Positions 27,501-38,122 of a stretch of DNA of 64,000 nucleotides are shown one piece after another; the stretch's first letter is position 1; the number at the start of each line of letters is the position of its first letter. The notes beneath the pieces are model-generated. The model made no database searches. It had not been told where the DNA came from and saw nothing but the letters and a program-made list of their open reading frames with translations. A program made the translations under genes and the position numbers. Source of the stretch: Octopus bimaculoides (Eukaryota); contig NC_068985.1 in the NCBI RefSeq assembly GCF_001194135.2, positions 31,447,755-31,511,754 of the forward strand. Reading direction: 5' to 3'.

Positions 27501-28743
27501 TGGTTTCAGTTTTTCTTTGAAAGCTAAGAAACCATTATTGGTGCCACTTTTACCAAGACAATCTACCACCAAATCAAATGCCTTGAAATATTTTTAGTTG
27601 CATATTTTCTGATGTACAAGTTTAAGACCTTTTGACTCTGGTTTTCATTCCTTAGTCATCAATAATATAAGTGACTGTAAGAAAAAGCATTGTGCTGATT
27701 CAGTAAAAGGTTAGATGAAATAAATTATTATTGAAGTCTTGGCATTCTCTACTTTACCATACCATCCTCCACTTCTGTTGTTACATACTTCTGCTTGAAA
27801 CTTAGTTTAAAGATGACTTTTAAAAGTATTTTTGCTTTTACATGTTTATTTATATTTGTGTTTTATTTTTACATCTTTATTTGTATTTAGATTTTTTATC
27901 TTTGCTTATATTTTACTTGTCTTCTTAATTTTTCATTTTCAAGTTATATTTTTTGTAAAATTAATCATTTTCAGAGCATGTGTTTTTTGTTGTGTGTCTC
28001 CCAATTAGCTCTGATTGGAGACCACCTCACTATCTTTTTGACTATTACTACTACAACTACTACTACTATTACACTAGTCCTATCTTATCAAAATTAGCTA
28101 GTAACTGCTTACCACTTTCTTTCAAACTTACTGGCCACATTTGTCTCTCCTCTTCTTGGCACCCATCCTTTACCTTCTCCCACAAGTTCCACAGTAACCA
28201 CTTACTCCAATCCTTCTACCTTAGGACATCAACCAACTGGAATTCCTGACCCAGCTATGTTTTTCTAACAGATGTTAACTTGCAATTGTTCCAGCAGAAT
28301 ATTAACCAAATCAGTCTGTAGACTTTTAGAGCCTGTAAAGATCATGCATATAGTCCTTCCCTCCTTCTAGCTGGCACTTAAAAAAAAAAAACAAAGAAGG
28401 TGGGCAGATAAGCAAGAAATATGTACTTTCTCATGGTAATACATCATAATGGTTGTTGCCTAGTTTGAACTTCTAATAATATGATTATTAGCCCACTACT
28501 TTTACTCCTGCATAATTTTCCGTAACCCCTTACCCGGCAAAGATGAGTTAACTTGTCTTCACCCAATTTGTCTTTTTCGGAGTGCAATGAGTAAACTCGT
28601 CTAAAACATATAATTTCAAAAGCAACCACAAACGAATTTTCACAAATTACGTTCAGATGTTGAGCTCAGAAGATGACGATGAGTATGAAACTTCTATTAG
28701 AAGCTTGAATACATCAGATGAGAGTGCAAGCTTGTCTGATTAA
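2819..28743 (+). CDS. BCL3: BCL3-like / atypical IkB-family ankyrin-repeat protein, spliced gene (exons 2819-3752, 6227-6347, 9720-9828, 11495-11708, 15040-15128, 16199-16429, 28657-28743; about 594 aa)
   Basis: All introns are GT-AG and the phases (1,2,0,1,0,0) join into one ORF. Translation ...QDEDGDLPLHIAVAHKN...NKKKLTPLHLCVK...GNSAVHLAV...NYEGLTPLH...DYKSGRTPLFFAVEN...AGHTPFLVANGRK matches the IkB ankyrin pattern and, from recall, human BCL3 (DEDGDTPLHIAV, KSGRSPLIHAVEN, SASGRG). The symbol means BCL3-like; orthology is untested. The last exon is the least certain. Confidence 0.85.
3930..4130 (-). mobile_element. Degenerate RTE-type LINE ORF2 C-terminal fragment
   Basis: Frameshifted - strand translation includes WLRHVH and EDRDTWSNGV, resembling the RTE WLGHV...DR..WR tail. 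Confidence 0.4.
5250..5850. mobile_element. Non-autonomous DNA transposon (MITE) with 35-bp TIRs and 8-bp TSD
   Basis: TIRs 5250-5284 and 5816-5850 (GGATCTATTTTAAAACGGGGGCCACATTTTTCATT, one mismatch); TAAATAAT duplicated at 5242-5249 and 5851-5858. The interior is partly gap. Confidence 0.85.
6227..6347 (+). CDS. BCL3: Exon 2 (GDKEKFILIY...ALKQDEDGDL)
   Basis: atatag| acceptor, |gtaagt donor, 121 nt, phase 1 to 2; encodes the IkB-type QDEDGD start of ankyrin 1. Confidence 0.92.
6934..7337 (+). mobile_element. Full-length tRNA-derived SINE (octopus-type family)
   Basis: A-box TGGCTGTGTGG, B-box GGTTCAGTCCC, internal (TA)/(TG) tract and gactgaaacaagtaaaaga tail. Partial copies at about 14230-14445, 15830-16050(-), 18135-18350(-), 22705-22945(-), 56905-57062, 57915-58020 and 59425-59630(-). 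Confidence 0.85.
7436..8165 (-). mobile_element. hAT (Charlie/Buster-like) transposon remnant
   Basis: Track ORF 7916-8194: QEELIELQND...YPNLWKHLKLFLLAFPIAYLVESGFS, the hAT C-terminal dimerisation region; terminus-like aaaagtttgacactggtcta near 7436-7460. Confidence 0.75.
8172..8356 (+). mobile_element. RTE-related retroelement 3' end with (ATG)n tail
   Basis: gagtggttggcgttaggaagggcat...ccatgctagcatggaa..ggac.ttaaatgatgatg. Same family at 10443-10494, 34548-34935(-), 37351-37402(-), 38815-38893, 49820-49982, 52611-52900(-) and 63700-63972. Confidence 0.8.
9720..9828 (+). CDS. BCL3: Exon 3 (PLHIAVAHKNLALIGSFCKLIQQAGKTVDRFNKKKL)
   Basis: ctgtag| acceptor, |gtaagt donor, 109 nt, phase 2 to 0; ankyrin 1. 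Confidence 0.93.
11000..11272 (-). mobile_element. tRNA-derived SINE, second family
   Basis: - strand head TGGCTTAGTGGTTAGGG...GAGTTCAATTCC followed by tccttgagcaagacactt; a related copy lies at about 48080-48345. Confidence 0.75.
11495..11708 (+). CDS. BCL3: Exon 4 (TPLHLCVK...NLDSHNYE), ankyrin 2-3
   Basis: ggcag| acceptor, G|gtaagt donor, 214 nt; overlaps track ORF 11501-11767. Confidence 0.95.
15040..15128 (+). CDS. BCL3: Exon 5 (GLTPLHTSVQKQNIEMARKLLKAGADPDSK), ankyrin 4
   Basis: tacag| acceptor, AAG|gtaatc donor, 89 nt, phase 1 to 0. Confidence 0.95.
16199..16429 (+). CDS. BCL3: Exon 6 (DYKSGRTPLFFAVEN...DDLACNYK), ankyrin 5-6
   Basis: Long pyrimidine tract then aaaag| acceptor, AAG|gtatgt donor, 231 nt, phase 0 to 0. 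Confidence 0.95.
17186..17242 (+). CDS. Possible alternative terminal or poison exon (TSNVKYQLKNKLVANQSS*)
   Basis: Good acceptor (aattatttcag|), phase 0 compatible, TGA at 17240-17242; weak candidate donors at 17330 and 17381. Confidence 0.35.
   Translation, partial: TSNVKYQLKNKLVANQSS
19060..19316 (+). mobile_element. Tc1-like transposon 3' remnant
   Basis: 19093-19194 encodes MVSIPVKMVKDLHATLPRLIEAIIHFKGSHMKY*, like the Tc1 SMPRR..AVI..KGG.TKY terminus; TIR-like ggtggccgaaaacttttgcatggcca at 19291-19316. Confidence 0.7.
19990..20212. mobile_element. Tigger/pogo-like MITE
   Basis: TA|CAGTAATCCCT...AGGGATTACTG|TA termini. Confidence 0.8.
20340..20600 (-). mobile_element. tRNA-derived SINE, third family
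   Basis: ggatgaaaggcaaagtcgacctc.gcggaatttgaactcagaa core. Other copies at about 12440-12620(+), 23160-24000 (cluster), 30350-30500(+), 30790-30940(-), 51385-51565(-) and 61905-62055(-). Confidence 0.75.
20697..21510. mobile_element. Foldback element with long (about 240 bp) imperfect TIRs and internal tandem duplication
   Basis: 20697-20935 aligns by eye with the reverse complement of about 21285-21510; gggactctcactagac..tgtatcagccttaattt is repeated at about 21020-21087. Confidence 0.75.
22021..22200 (+). mobile_element. Non-autonomous element fragment (Helentron/HINE-like)
   Basis: tattacctcc...(gttt)n...caagatatctcaagaacc layout, typical of such elements; family assignment is from recall. 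Confidence 0.4.
25800..26420. repeat. (CA)/(TA)-derived low-complexity microsatellite tract, one of many
   Basis: Similar tracts at about 19810-19990, 23100-23610 (AAT), 37700, 52150-52310, 55485-55590, 58020-58220 and 61400-61630. Confidence 0.9.
26540..26795. mobile_element. Two decayed Penelope-type terminal motifs (minimal hammerhead-like)
   Basis: CTGATGAAGAGCTATGCTTGAAACATC (+, about 26548) and CTGATGAAGGACTAGTGTCTAAAACATC (-, about 26785-26758); departures from the motif are CpG transitions. Confidence 0.5.
28090..28320 (+). mobile_element. CR1/L2-type LINE 3' remnant
   Basis: HLLQSFYLRTSTNWNS resembles the CR1 FF.RT...WNSLP tail. Similar remnants at about 9170-9320, 18620-18780(-) and 29000-29230(-). 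Confidence 0.5.
28657..28743 (+). CDS. BCL3: Probable terminal exon, acidic PEST-like tail (MLSSEDDDEYETSIRSLNTSDESASLSD*)
   Basis: gttcag| acceptor, phase 0 fits exon 6, S/D/E-rich like IkB C-termini; AATAAA at 28760-28765. It lies 12 kb from exon 6, so the linkage is inferred. Confidence 0.65.
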   Translation: MLSSEDDDEYETSIRSLNTSDESASLSD

Positions 28744-31700
28744 AAAAAGTTCGTCTGAAAATAAAATGTTTTCTCCAAAATATTTCTCCAGGAAGGAGTT
28801 AAGCAGTTTTGCAAAATTCTTTGAATAGTAACTTGGCTCAGGAATACTGATTTACTAGTTTCATAATAATAACAGGCTTATTGTAAACAGTGCTGCTTAG
28901 GTGTACTACAACTAATAATAGTTTATATATCAAGACATGTTTCAGTCCTCTTTATTTAGAAAATACATTTATTACAATATGGAATCGATGCTTATTATCT
29001 TTGCAGTCTCCACCCCACCTGATTCATAGTCAGCTTCAACAGCTGTGGGTCAGTGTTTGCTAGAAAAGTGTGAGTGGTTAGGGGCTTCCAGAGACTAACA
29101 GTTTCAAAGAAAGAAGGGCTGGCTGTAGTATTTTGTGTGGGATTTGAGAGATGAGACAGAGGTGATGAAGCAAGGGAGATAAATAGGCTGGGTGCTTAGA
29201 GTGGAGCGGACACAGTAATGTGTTGTGCTCTTAGTGTTTTCTTAAGTTTTGCATTAATAACTTTTATCCGTTTCTATTTGATGGTCAAGTATTGGTGTTA
29301 GGAAGTACAATAGCCATTACCATGAAGAGTGCATTAGCAATGAACTTTAGTCATATCTCTGTGATGTCACATCAATTTGTAACTCTCCCTTTTTTTTGTC
29401 TATATTTTTCATTCAACTATTAACCTTACTTACAACTGTTCAAAGTGAACTCTATCTTGTTATTTTAGTATTTCCAGTTTAAAATGGAACGTTTCTTTCC
29501 CATCTAGGGCCAACATAAAATATTATATATATATATATGTATATTTGGGATAAGCAGTTACTTGAACTATGATAGATTTCTGGGTCATAGTCATGGATTT
29601 CTTCATTGTTAATTTTATTGTTGCCATCATTGTCATCATTTTAATGTTTACTTTTCAAAGCTGACATGGGTTGGACAAAACTGATTGAAATATAGAATAC
29701 ACTATAACAAAAAACCCATACAAGTGTGAAATATTTGTTCTTTTGTGTCTGAATTATGACATATACAAACAATGATTGAGGCATTATCAATGCCCCTTAT
29801 GTTGGAAGCATACTTTATACATCTTACTCTCAAACTTGTCATACAAACTATTAAACTACTACAATCTCATTGATTTCATCCAACTGTTCATATTTTATGA
29901 AAGCTTGAAGTTTAACAATACAACCTTTCATTTATAAAGTGACTGAAAAAAAACAAACTGATCAACCTATATTTTTTTAGACTTGTTACAAGAATTTTAA
30001 TATATCTGAATTTATAGAAAATACTTTTTATCTATATTGTGTAAAACTGTACATAAATTTGAGAAATATAATGGACAAATAAAACATTATTTAGTCCTAG
30101 CCGCACACATCTCATATATCTGCTGTAGCTATCAATTCAAAGTTATGGGAGAAGACGTCCTAATTACTGCAAAATCAGAATCATGTGGTTGTGTCGGTAG
30201 TTTCTTAACCTCACATCTATTCCTGCACCCTTAACAAGTTGCTTCAGTTTATATTTTTGTAAATTGTATCTCTATCTATCTGACTTATTTAATTAGTACA
30301 AAAACATGTACTCAATTGAAACCTATACTAGTGTGTATATTAGATGCAGTTATTACTTTTGAGGATAGGTCATCAGACAAAATGCCTTGCAGTATTTGTT
30401 TTCATGTTCTGAGTTCAAAACTTTGCATTTCATCTTTTCATAGTCAATAAAATAAAGTACTGGTCAAGGCTTCTCCCAAATTTCAGGCTTTGTGCTTGTA
30501 TTAGAAGCTATTATTTTGGAGTTATTTCCCTTGGACTTTATATTTTCTTGGCTGGAAACTTTAGCGTTACTTATAATTGTATTTATACATAAGATATTTG
30601 TTGCCTCGCTGTATTATTATTATTGTGCTCTCGTTCGTTCGTTATAATCCTGAAAAGAACATTAATTGAACAACCATAGGATAGTGACTTTGATCTAGTT
30701 GGTTGAAACCAATGTGTTGGAGTAATGCAAACAACAGCTATTTTTCATATATGGTTTCTCATTTAGATACTTGGCCAACAGTCTTGTGAAGAGGGTTGTT
30801 GATACCATCAATCCCAGTACTAGATAGGTATTTTATTTTATAATCTTGGAAGGATTTGAACTCACAATATGAAGACTCAGCAAATACCTGCAAAGCATTA
30901 TTTCCACTGCTCTAATGATTCTGCTGGCTCACTGCCTTAGCATTTGTTTCAGATAGAGAATTAATTTATATGAAGTTTATAGTCTTTGGAGGAAAGAAGG
31001 AAAGGTGAATAAATCTTAACGACTTGTAAAATAACAATGAAACAAGCTGCTTTAATCCACATCCTAAACTGTGGAAAAGGGTCTCGTGGTCCTAATTTCC
31101 AGTGATTCAAAATACATATGGCTTTGATTCCTTCATAATCCACTTTATTTTGCTACTCTAGTAATACACGGTGTGCAGTTTGGTTGATACTTATATATTT
31201 TGCATTGAAGTTATTTTGCTTTTATTCTTAAATGAATGAGTTATTCTAATCCAACAAGAGCACTATTTTTATATTCCCTCATGTACAAAACTTATCCACA
31301 AGAAATTGAAAGCAATCTAACATGTTTTATTTTAAATTTTATGTGAAATTGACCTTTTTGTCAAGAAGTTCTTATTATGGAATAGTCACTTTAAATATTT
31401 ATTAACATTAACACAATGGACACAAATGAACTTTAATTAAAGGCAGTTGATTTTTAAAAGATTTACTTTTTCTGCATTTACTGTTCCATTAAATAAATAT
31501 AATTCAAATGGAAATCAATTCCAAATTATTCTAAATACTAAACAATTCCCAAATATATCAAATAAAATTTCATATATATTTGTTTTATTTCATAATGTTC
31601 AGATTTCTTCTTTCATTTTCCCCTTTATTTGTATTGTATATTTTTCAGAATGTACACATGTAACTTTTAATAAAATGGAAATAACTGCATTTTGTTACAT

Positions 31701-32831
31701 TTTCAAAAGACAACCAGTTACAGAAAAAAAAATGTAGCCCATCATAATGGTAGCAAAAAATACAGCATCTCTAAATCCTTGTGGTGAAATATTAAGATAT
31801 TAGAGAGTGTGAGTTGTGAAGAATGAAATCTGTAAGTTTTAGATGTCTCAGTGACCAATATATGAATAACCAGTATAGAGTAATATTGTATGACACTATT
31901 GCTGAAGTGTGTGTGTGAGAGAGAGCAGTGTCTGAAGTTATAAAAGCTATCTTAACATATTTGAATATTATATTTGATAGAACAACTAATTTGCTAATTC
32001 CATTGGGACTTTGGAATAAACCACAAACATGTTTCATGGCTGGTTGTGTAAACAGGATAATACATCAATGGAATGAAGTAGTGCTTCAACGAACTAAGAA
32101 TAGACCTCTGAACATTATAGTTAGTGTTTAGGTTTGAATAACTTCTATCATGCTAGCAAAACTTTGCATTGGAATTAAGAAGGGGACCCCACTCTACATG
32201 ACATCATATTTTTAGAAAACTGAAGCAGGTAGAAATTTCATAGAACCATGACAAATCTCATGTCATGAATGGAAGAGAGTAGTTAATCTGTTTCCAGGCT
32301 AGAAGGAATAGAATGTGATATGTATCTTGTTTCAACTTTTGCATGTTTGATGCAGTTCTCTTCAAAATGTTCAGAGGCATTGATACACACACACACACCC
32401 ATACATACTTATCTCACATATAATTATTCAAATTTCACATTTCTAATCAGCAGACTATATATGTAGGTGGCCTGTTGTTCAGAATATGTAGAGGAGTGTG
32501 AAGAAAACTTCTGAGTGGGAACAGTAGATAACTGATAAAAAAAGATAGAAAATCCTGCATTTTCTCATAATGGACAAGGTGTATGTAAAGGAGAAGTTAT
32601 TTTATGCTTATGAGCTGGTTGACTTCTAGAATTGAACTGAGGATGAATGATAAATTGTAAAGCTGCAAATTGTACTAGTTTCTGTTTTGTATTGTGCTCT
32701 CTTTCTTTCTCTCTCTCTCTCCTCACATACACACACATACATAAACACATTCATGTATGACAAATGTGAAGGTCTACTTTGCAGTGGATGTAATAGAAAT
32801 AGAATCCCACAAAATGACAAATATTAAATAA

Positions 32832-32995
32832 AAAGAACAACTTTAAAAGCATTATGTGACTTAAAAGTTAACAACATAGAAATTTATAAGAATGACAAAA
32901 GTAATATGTTCATAATTCTGGACAGAGACAAATACCATGCAAAAATTAATAACTTACTTATAGACAAAAACAAATTTGCTAAAATCATGAAAGAC
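32832..32995 (+). mobile_element. Penelope-like element ORF fragment
   Basis: LKALCDLKVNNIEIYKNDKSNMFIILDRDKYHAKINNLLIDKNKFAKIMKD matches the PLE I.I.KADKGN..VILDR.DY..K...LL.D motif upstream of RT. Confidence 0.7.
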
Positions 32996-33079
32996 AATAT
33001 AAAATTAAGCACATTAAGTACAGCAATATCTATACAAATAGGATCCCCTTTCTACACATTAAAGGAAAAATCTCTCTCA

Positions 33080-33117
<38 letters not shown>

Positions 33118-33248
33118 GATACAGTAAGAATATTTGAAATTTTTAGGAAGTAATGCCTACATAAATTTCACCACAACATAAATCAATTGCTGATGTACGA
33201 GTGTAATGGTTACAAAGAAAATATATATATAAATAAATAAAAAAGACC

Positions 33249-33575
33249 TGTAGTAACGGTGCGGATTGGCTGCCATTTTGGGAAATCCTGTGAGGCGCAT
33301 GCGCAATGATCGTCAGCTTTTAGGCTTGACCATCATTTACCCTTTTCGGCCCCGGCTGTTGACCAGGCAGGACGCAACTGCGACCAGCTTCACCAGAGAT
33401 GAGATGTACATGCAGCCCAAATAAAATACTCTTTGTACCAATGCATACACCAACATCAATACCATCATAAACACACACACCAGTGACCATTTCACCTTCG
33501 TCGTTAAGACAGAACTTCAGTGAACCTTATGTTACTAGATCTGGCCGGACTGTGCACTGGCCCAAGAAACTTTCT
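33249..33575 (+). mobile_element. Gypsy-like LTR retrotransposon remnant (probable LTR plus pol end)
   Basis: Starts TGTAGT, with AATAAA near 33420 and a PBS-like agtgacc near 33482; 33525-33572 encodes PYVTRSGRTVHWPKKL, the typical Gypsy integrase tail. Confidence 0.55.
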
Positions 33576-33762
33576 AGAACAATATATATATGACTTTTGC
33601 CGTTGGCGAATTATTATATTGTGAATTAGTGACATTTTATGTTTGTTTTCATTTTCATTTCAGACTTTTTTTTCTTTTCCATACTCTGTACAAAACGAAA
33701 TTTTGTTTTTCTCATTCCTTTTCCTCATTGTGTTTTTTTTTTTTTTTTGTAAGCCGTCTCAC

Positions 33763-33816
33763 CTGGGTTAACTGCGGCCATCTTGTTAAAAGCGCCCTCT
33801 ACAACCTCTTCCTTGT
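33763..33816 (-). CDS. First coding exon of an unidentified - strand gene (MAAVNP, phase-1 donor)
   Basis: aacaagATGGCCGCAGTTAACCCAG|gtgaga: a YY1-type AAGATGGCCGC over the ATG (33781-33779) and a strong donor, with CpGs retained. The 5' end runs into a gap. Confidence 0.6.
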
Positions 33817-34543
33817 NNNNNNNNNNNNNNNNNNNNNNNNNNNNNNNNNNNNNNNNNNNNNNNNNNNNNNNNNNNNNNNNNNNNNNNNNNNNNNNNNNNN
33901 NNNNNNNNNNNNNNNNNNNNNNNNNNNNNNNNNNNNNNNNNNNNNNNNNNNNNNNNNNNNNNNNNNNNNNNNNNNNNNNNNNNNNNNNNNNNNNNNNNNN
34001 NNNNNNNNNNNNNNNNNNNNNNNNNNNNNNNNNNNNNNNNNNNNNNNNNNNNNNNNNNNNNNNNNNNNNNNNNNNNNNNNNNNNNNNNNNNNNNNNNNNN
34101 NNNNNNNNNNNNNNNNNNNNNNNNNNNNNNNNNNNNNNNNNNNNNNNNNNNNNNNNNNNNNNNNNNNNNNNNNNNNNNNNNNNNNNNNNNNNNNNNNNNN
34201 NNNNNNNNNNNNNNNNNNNNNNNNNNNNNNNNNNNNNNNNNNNNNNNNNNNNNNNNNNNNNNNNNNNNNNNNNNNNNNNNNNNNNNNNNNNNNNNNNNNN
34301 NNNNNNNNNNNNNNNNNNNNNNNNNNNNNNNNNNNNNNNNNNNNNNNNNNNNNNNNNNNNNNNNNNNNNNNNNNNNNNNNNNNNNNNNNNNNNNNNNNNN
34401 NNNNNNNNNNNNNNNNNNNNNNNNNNNNNNNNNNNNNNNNNNNNNNNNNNNNNNNNNNNNNNNNNNNNNNNNNNNNNNNNNNNNNNNNNNNNNNNNNNNN
34501 NNNNNNNNNNNNNNNNNNNNNNNNNNNNNNNNNNNNNNNNNNN
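33817..34543. other. Assembly gap (one of eight N-runs)
   Basis: N-runs at 5285-5626, 10433-10442, 13086-13603, 33817-34543, 35603-36081, 38901-39601, 44181-44403 and 56094-56342. Confidence 1.
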
Positions 34544-35570
34544 ATATATCATCATCATCATCATCGTCATTTAATGTCTGCTTTCCATGCTAGCATGGGT
34601 TGGACAATTTAACTGAGGACTGGCGAACCAGATGGCTGCACCAGCTCCAATCTGATTTGTCAGAGTTTCTACAGCTGGATGCCCTTCCTAACGCCAACCA
34701 CTCCGAGAGTGTAGTGGGTACTTTTATGTGCCACTGGCACGAGGGCCAGTCAGGCGGTACTGGCAACGGCCATGCTCAAGTGGTGTTTTTTACATGCCAC
34801 CTGCACAGGAGCCAGTCCAGTGGCACTGGCAATGACCTTGCTCAAATGTTTTTTCATGTGCCACCGGCATAAGTGCCAGTAAGGCAATGGTGGTAACAAT
34901 CACGCTCAAATGGTGCTTTTATGTGCCACCGGCATGAAATAGAAGAGTAGATGAACGAGGATGAAAAGACAAAACTTCTTTTCTAAGATTTGTATTCTTC
35001 GGCAGAGGTATTAAAATCGAGTAGGGAAATCCGAGTGCGTGTGCTAGTTTATATAGGGTGGTGGTGGTGGAGGAAGTCTTGGTGAAGTAAGTGGTAATCG
35101 AAAGAGAGAGAGACAGAGTGAGGTCGAGAGAGAGAGAAGGGGTAGTGGTCAGAACACGAGGGAGAAAAATATTCTTTTGGGACTTGGGTAGCATAATTTA
35201 ATGAAACAGCAAATGTTGATATTAGTAAAATAGAATTGAAAAATCAGAGTTTTCGGTCAGCCAATCTATGACAAAATTAGAGAAATAAGTGACTGTGTGA
35301 TAAACTTTAATAAATGAATGAATAAATATGTTGCGGTTAAGGAAATTCGTGAACTAAGGTTATCTTAAGGCAACAACAAGGAAGACGAAACTAAATGTAA
35401 TATATTATGATATAATATTAGCTGCTTCTTTTTTCAAGGATTGTTGTAATGATGTAAACACCTTTGATGGTGCCCCGATAAAGGTTGAAAATCAATTAAA
35501 GCTCTTAATCCTTTTTTTCATTTCTGGACAAATAGGCAAATTTGCTAGGTTTGTATATCTGCTAAGTAGG

Positions 35571-35602
<32 letters not shown>

Positions 35603-36081
35603 NNNNNNNNNNNNNNNNNNNNNNNNNNNNNNNNNNNNNNNNNNNNNNNNNNNNNNNNNNNNNNNNNNNNNNNNNNNNNNNNNNNNNNNNNNNNNNNNNN
35701 NNNNNNNNNNNNNNNNNNNNNNNNNNNNNNNNNNNNNNNNNNNNNNNNNNNNNNNNNNNNNNNNNNNNNNNNNNNNNNNNNNNNNNNNNNNNNNNNNNNN
35801 NNNNNNNNNNNNNNNNNNNNNNNNNNNNNNNNNNNNNNNNNNNNNNNNNNNNNNNNNNNNNNNNNNNNNNNNNNNNNNNNNNNNNNNNNNNNNNNNNNNN
35901 NNNNNNNNNNNNNNNNNNNNNNNNNNNNNNNNNNNNNNNNNNNNNNNNNNNNNNNNNNNNNNNNNNNNNNNNNNNNNNNNNNNNNNNNNNNNNNNNNNNN
36001 NNNNNNNNNNNNNNNNNNNNNNNNNNNNNNNNNNNNNNNNNNNNNNNNNNNNNNNNNNNNNNNNNNNNNNNNNNNNNNNNN

Positions 36082-36132
<51 letters not shown>

Positions 36133-36425
36133 ATGTATATATCATCATCATCACCACCATTGTCGTTATTTCTTTCAAGCTTTTGCATGTCCACTGTAAT
36201 CTCAGCCATGCACCATAGCTGTCTATACACAGACATCATACAATTTGTCTTTCACTCGGAGGGAGAAGCTATTTGTTGCCAACAAAAGTAGCAACTCTGA
36301 ACTTTGCCCAGCCTGTTCTTATTCTAACAACTACATTTTCAGAGCATCCTTCTCCAATGCTAACTTTGTTGCCTAGGTAATAAACATTCTCTCTCTCTCT
36401 CTCTGTACACACACAAACATATATA

Positions 36426-37275
36426 CAGGGTGTTTAGGCTAAATTTGACAGTTTGCATAAAATGAAAATAAAGCAATATCTCAACCAAAAGTAAAAGTAT
36501 TTTTTTAAAAATCAAAAAATATCAATTTTATTATGGGTGGGAGATAACAGTTTACTCTAATGAGCAGCTCTCAGCTTCTACCCCAGCCTTAAGAACCTGG
36601 TGCATGTGTTCCTGGGAAGGTTTTTGAACACCTCCTTGATCTTGGCCACCTGCTTGGCTTTGGTGTTGCAGGCAGAGTAGTTGATGTCTTTTTCAACTGC
36701 ACCCCCACACATAGTAAGCCATGGGATTACAACCAGATAAATTAGGAAGTCAGAAATTGGGGCTGGTGAAGTCAGAAATTCTCTGACAACTACTTCTGAT
36801 TGTTTTCGGAGGTATGACAAGGAGCCAAATCCTGCAGCCACATATATGGCTTTCCTGCAGCGGTCCTTTCCAGCCAGAAATTGACCACAGCCTCCAGTAG
36901 CTGCACATAGCCATCTGAAGGCTCTGTTTAAAGATAGGATGAATTCCAGCATGTGGATGCAATCAGATTGCCTATGTTCCTTCCGATTGACCACGGTTTC
37001 ATAAACTCCATTGCAGCCGTCCATGTCACATCTTACAGCCTTTACAGTCTTCACTGAGCATTGAGCAGCAGTCGTGATGTCAGCATTTTGATACCTACAT
37101 AAATCATCATGACACAGATAACACTTTTCCAATATTCTGATGGCTTTAAATCTTTCATGTCAGCTAAGCTTTTCTCAACCAGAACTTTATTTATGCTCTC
37201 CAATGCTGTTGACTGTTCACTAACACGTCAAATTGTTTCTGAAAAAAGGAGAATAAAAAATTGTCAAACTTAGCT
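36426..37275 (-). mobile_element. Degenerate Tc1/mariner transposon (maT-like transposase)
   Basis: Track ORF 36578-37132 ends ...GAVEKDINYSACNTKAKQVAKIKEVFKNLPRN, the region after WPPNSPD.NPLDY; TA|CAGGGTGTTTAGGCTAAATTTGACA TIR, with a partial inverted copy at 37259-37274. Confidence 0.8.
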
Positions 37276-37697
37276 CTCTCACATGCACGCATGTATCTAT
37301 CTATCTGTCTGTCTGTCTGTCTGTATGTATGTATGTATATATATATATCATCTTCATCATCATCATTTAATGTCCGCCTTCCATGCTAGCATGGGTTGGA
37401 CGACACACACATATATATATGTATATATATAGAGAGAGTAAAATCTATTTGCCAATGTAAGTTGGCAGTCCTGATTAGGACAATGTTACTACCTTTTTTA
37501 GCCTCAGGAAAACATCTTTTCCAGCTGGCTACCAATGCACAACTGTATCCTTATACCTCGAACAAGGGAGTTAATGTTCCCACTCAGCTTTGGGGATGTA
37601 GCATTGTCCTAATCAGGACTGCCAACTTACATTGGCAGATAAATTTCACTCAGTAGTACTGTTACTACTTATTTCTCACTCAGAGATTTAAAACTAT

Positions 37698-37729
<32 letters not shown>

Positions 37730-38086
37730 ACACACACACAGAGTCTAGGAACCCTGGGATGTGAGTCCTAGGATTTTGAAGAGTATGTAACCACCTGTTA
37801 GCCAGTATTGTTCTCAGGTCTATTTTGATGCTGAGTAGTAGCACCTGTTAGTGTCCTAGCTATGGGTTAACTAGCTTGTGATCCAGTGGGAGCAAAGTAC
37901 CCATAGTTCTTGTTACATCTTCTTTCTAGGAGAAGGTAAACTTGTATAAAAAAACTTTCCCCACTCAAAACAACTTAACACACAAGAACTTTTTGACTCT
38001 CAAGGGCTTATCAAATTTAGGAAGTGGTCTTACTTGGTCAAGAATTAACTTCCACCATGTCTATCTGTCTGTTTGTCAATGTGTGC

Positions 38087-38122
<36 letters not shown>

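Noticed and set aside
28744-30300. Search for Roquin/Regnase stem-loops or strong AU-rich elements in the putative 3' UTR
   Set aside because: Only 3-bp stems and isolated ATTTA were found; not convincing.
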